A stretch of 64,000 nt of DNA from Terriglobia bacterium (GTDB lineage Bacteria; Acidobacteriota; Terriglobia; JAJPHL01; JAPKYU01), in the NCBI GenBank assembly GCA_965206645.1, contig CBDBKE010000002.1, positions 320,001-384,000 of the forward strand, in the 5' to 3' direction. The notes beneath the pieces were generated by a model. It was not told where the DNA came from and made no database searches. It saw only the letters and a list, made by a program, of their open reading frames with translations. Positions 62,200-64,000 of the stretch are shown piece after piece (the stretch's first letter is position 1; the number at the start of each line of letters is the position of its first letter). Position numbers and translations under genes: made by a program.

Positions 62200-63429
62200 T
62201 CAAAGCTTCCCGATCTGCTCGACCGCAGGCCATAAATCCAACTGCTCGACCGCGTGGCTACGGTAGATTCCAACTTCATCGGCTCCGTTGGCTCTCGCGC
62301 GGCGAGCGGCTTCGACCAGCAACTTTGGATCCTGGATACTCCCTGGGTGATAACAGGAAATCTCGGCAACCAGGGGGCAACGACCATCTATAATTCTCGC
62401 CGCCTGCTTGACGTGGCGCTCCACGATTCGTAAATCCGAGGTTGTGCGAAACCAGACGTGGAACTCATCAATCAAGCCGTCCTCCACCCAACGAGGCCAG
62501 TCCTGACCTGCTTTGATGTAATCCTCCTGGTCGCGATTCATGGCCGTTACGGTTAAGAGCGGACGTGGAGCCTTTTCCATCAGCCTGTGCCGCAATTCTC
62601 TCAGGCACGTCGTGACCTGGTCCGCTCGGAACTGCACCCACGCAGGATCATCGTTGGCCAAGTCGAACGGACTCTTCGCAAATTTCTCACCATAGGCAGC
62701 CACAGTGGGCTGCTCGTAGCCGTAGATGGTCACGTCGCGCTCATCTTCGTCGCCTGAAACGAACTATACTTGAACACCGTCACCGCCGTTGTCGTCGAGC
62801 AGCGACAAGTAGCTGTGGGCTTCAAAAGCGCGCACTTCCGGTACGGCCAGGCTCATGACGCGCCTTCGGCCCACGTGCAACTCCTTGGTTTGCTGCCGAT
62901 CCAGGGCCCACCATTCGGGATGCCGCTTGGCGAATTCGCTCACCTTCACCGAATACCGCGGATGGGACCAGATGGGGCGATGGCGATTCAGGATGTTCTT
63001 GGCTTCCGGCGTCCCCAGCGGCGGCCCCACATAGTGAACGGACCACGCGTACGCTGTTGTCTTTCGACCGTGAGAGTTGAAAGCCAGGTAAGGGTGGACT
63101 TCAATGTCCTTTTCGTGAGCAGCTTCCAGGAGCACTCGCGACCCAACCCAGGGGAAGAGCCTCGTCACTCCGTGATTGGCGCACTTTCGAACGAAGTCCC
63201 TGACCTTCTTTTCGTCCGAGGCTTCAGTGGGATCAATCAGCCCCCCCTTATGACACCATAAGGGGGACCCGATCCTGTTACGCGCTGCGCTCGGTACCGC
63301 TCGCCGCCCGGCGGGAGCCGAAGCGGCGTTCGCGCCCGCCGCCGCGGCGGTCAAAGAAAGTGTGCCGCCCAAAAACGTCCTGCGGCTGACCTTTGCAGAC
63401 CGCTGGTTGCCTTGCACAGAATTTTCCAT
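62200..63429 (-). pseudogene. Tat-exported glycoside-hydrolase-like protein (GHL10/DUF187-like) with in-frame TAG at 62764-62766
   Basis: SRRTFL; AHEKDIEVHPY, PEVRAF, DGVQV*F, WVQFR and QDWPRWVEDGLID motifs; both ORFs are in one frame. Confidence 0.72.
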
Positions 63430-63741
63430 TTCTTCTCACCCTCGAGGAGATGCGGGCCGGAATCTCCGGTCTTTGGCCATTCGGCTCGCTGATAGTACTC
63501 CCGTCGCGATTGGGCGCCCAAGCAACTTTGGCCTCGAAAGGCCAGCATTAACGGGATCGGAGTGTCCCGATGGCCTTTTGCCGCCCGACCAGGTTTTCTG
63601 GATCGTTTGTAGCCGATTTCTCAGACACTGCTCCGGCTTTCCTGCTTCCGTACCCAGATTTTCTTAAGATATAAACTTAGCGGCATCAAGACCCCGCACC
63701 ATTCAGCCTTCACCGGCATTGCTCCGCTCTCGCGGGTGGCG

Positions 63742-64000
63742 TCAGGCTAGGTCGAACAACAGAATTTCGGAGCGATCAGTGGCCTTGATTTCCAAGACGA
63801 GCTCTTCGCTCACCGCCGCGCCGTCGCCGGCGTCGAGCCGTGAACCGTTAAGCGTGACCGCGCCCCCCGCCACCTGCAGCCACGCGTGACGGCCCGGCTT
63901 CAGCGGATGCGTCGCCTGCTTCTCCGGTTCCATTTGCGCAATGTACAGCTCAACATCCTGATGTATCCGCACTGCACCTTCCAAGGGATCAACTGCGGCC
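63742..64000 (-). CDS. Pirin-family protein, C-terminal part (runs off the window)
   Basis: VRIHQD, GRHAWLQVAGG, GDGAAV and EILLFDLA motifs. Confidence 0.88.
   Translation of the reverse strand, partial: AAVDPLEGAVRIHQDVELYIAQMEPEKQATHPLKPGRHAWLQVAGGAVTLNGSRLDAGDGAAVSEELVLEIKATDRSEILLFDLA

Noticed and set aside
62764-62766. Pyrrolysine recoding
   Set aside because: No pyl genes in the window, and the position expects an acidic residue.
61-63667. Numerous long antisense or alternate-frame ORFs (e.g. 18047-19147, 47567-48517, 49539-50570, 53039-54022)
   Set aside because: Shadow ORFs of well-supported genes in GC-rich DNA, with no motifs of their own.

Overview
GC-rich bacterial chromosomal window, probably Acidobacteriota (inferred from a TIGR03437-type domain, PEGA proteins and a PSD1/DUF1501 pair). 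A housekeeping block (GNAT, rlpA, rhomboid, GT2, TlpA, folE, aspS, hisS, gamma-CA; 4.8-13.5 kb) is followed by IS-rich, decaying accessory DNA. That DNA holds five IS1380-family copies, three IS3-family copies, one IS256 plus a fragment, tRNA-Leu(CAA) with a satellite-like integrated element, tRNA-Met with an integrase remnant, and about ten broken genes. Main hidden structure read from the sequence: (1) four 28-bp 11-6-11 dif-like sites with a symmetrically altered core and pairwise-shared spacers, two of them bracketing a single gene; (2) three IS1380 insertions carrying captured chromosomal passenger DNA (pdxT 3' end, cupin 3' end, whole bactofilin gene), delimited by displaced 5-bp target duplications; (3) a 40-kb inversion between two IS1380 copies, shown by swapped target duplications and a split OmpA gene; (4) an unannotated 31-aa, 6-Cys leader peptide plus terminator upstream of a sulfite reductase; (5) an hcmB-ligase-hcmA 2-hydroxyisobutyryl-CoA mutase operon; (6) a C4-like antisense RNA structure. 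No CRISPR array or rRNA was seen. All family calls are by eye from motifs; no database searches were run.
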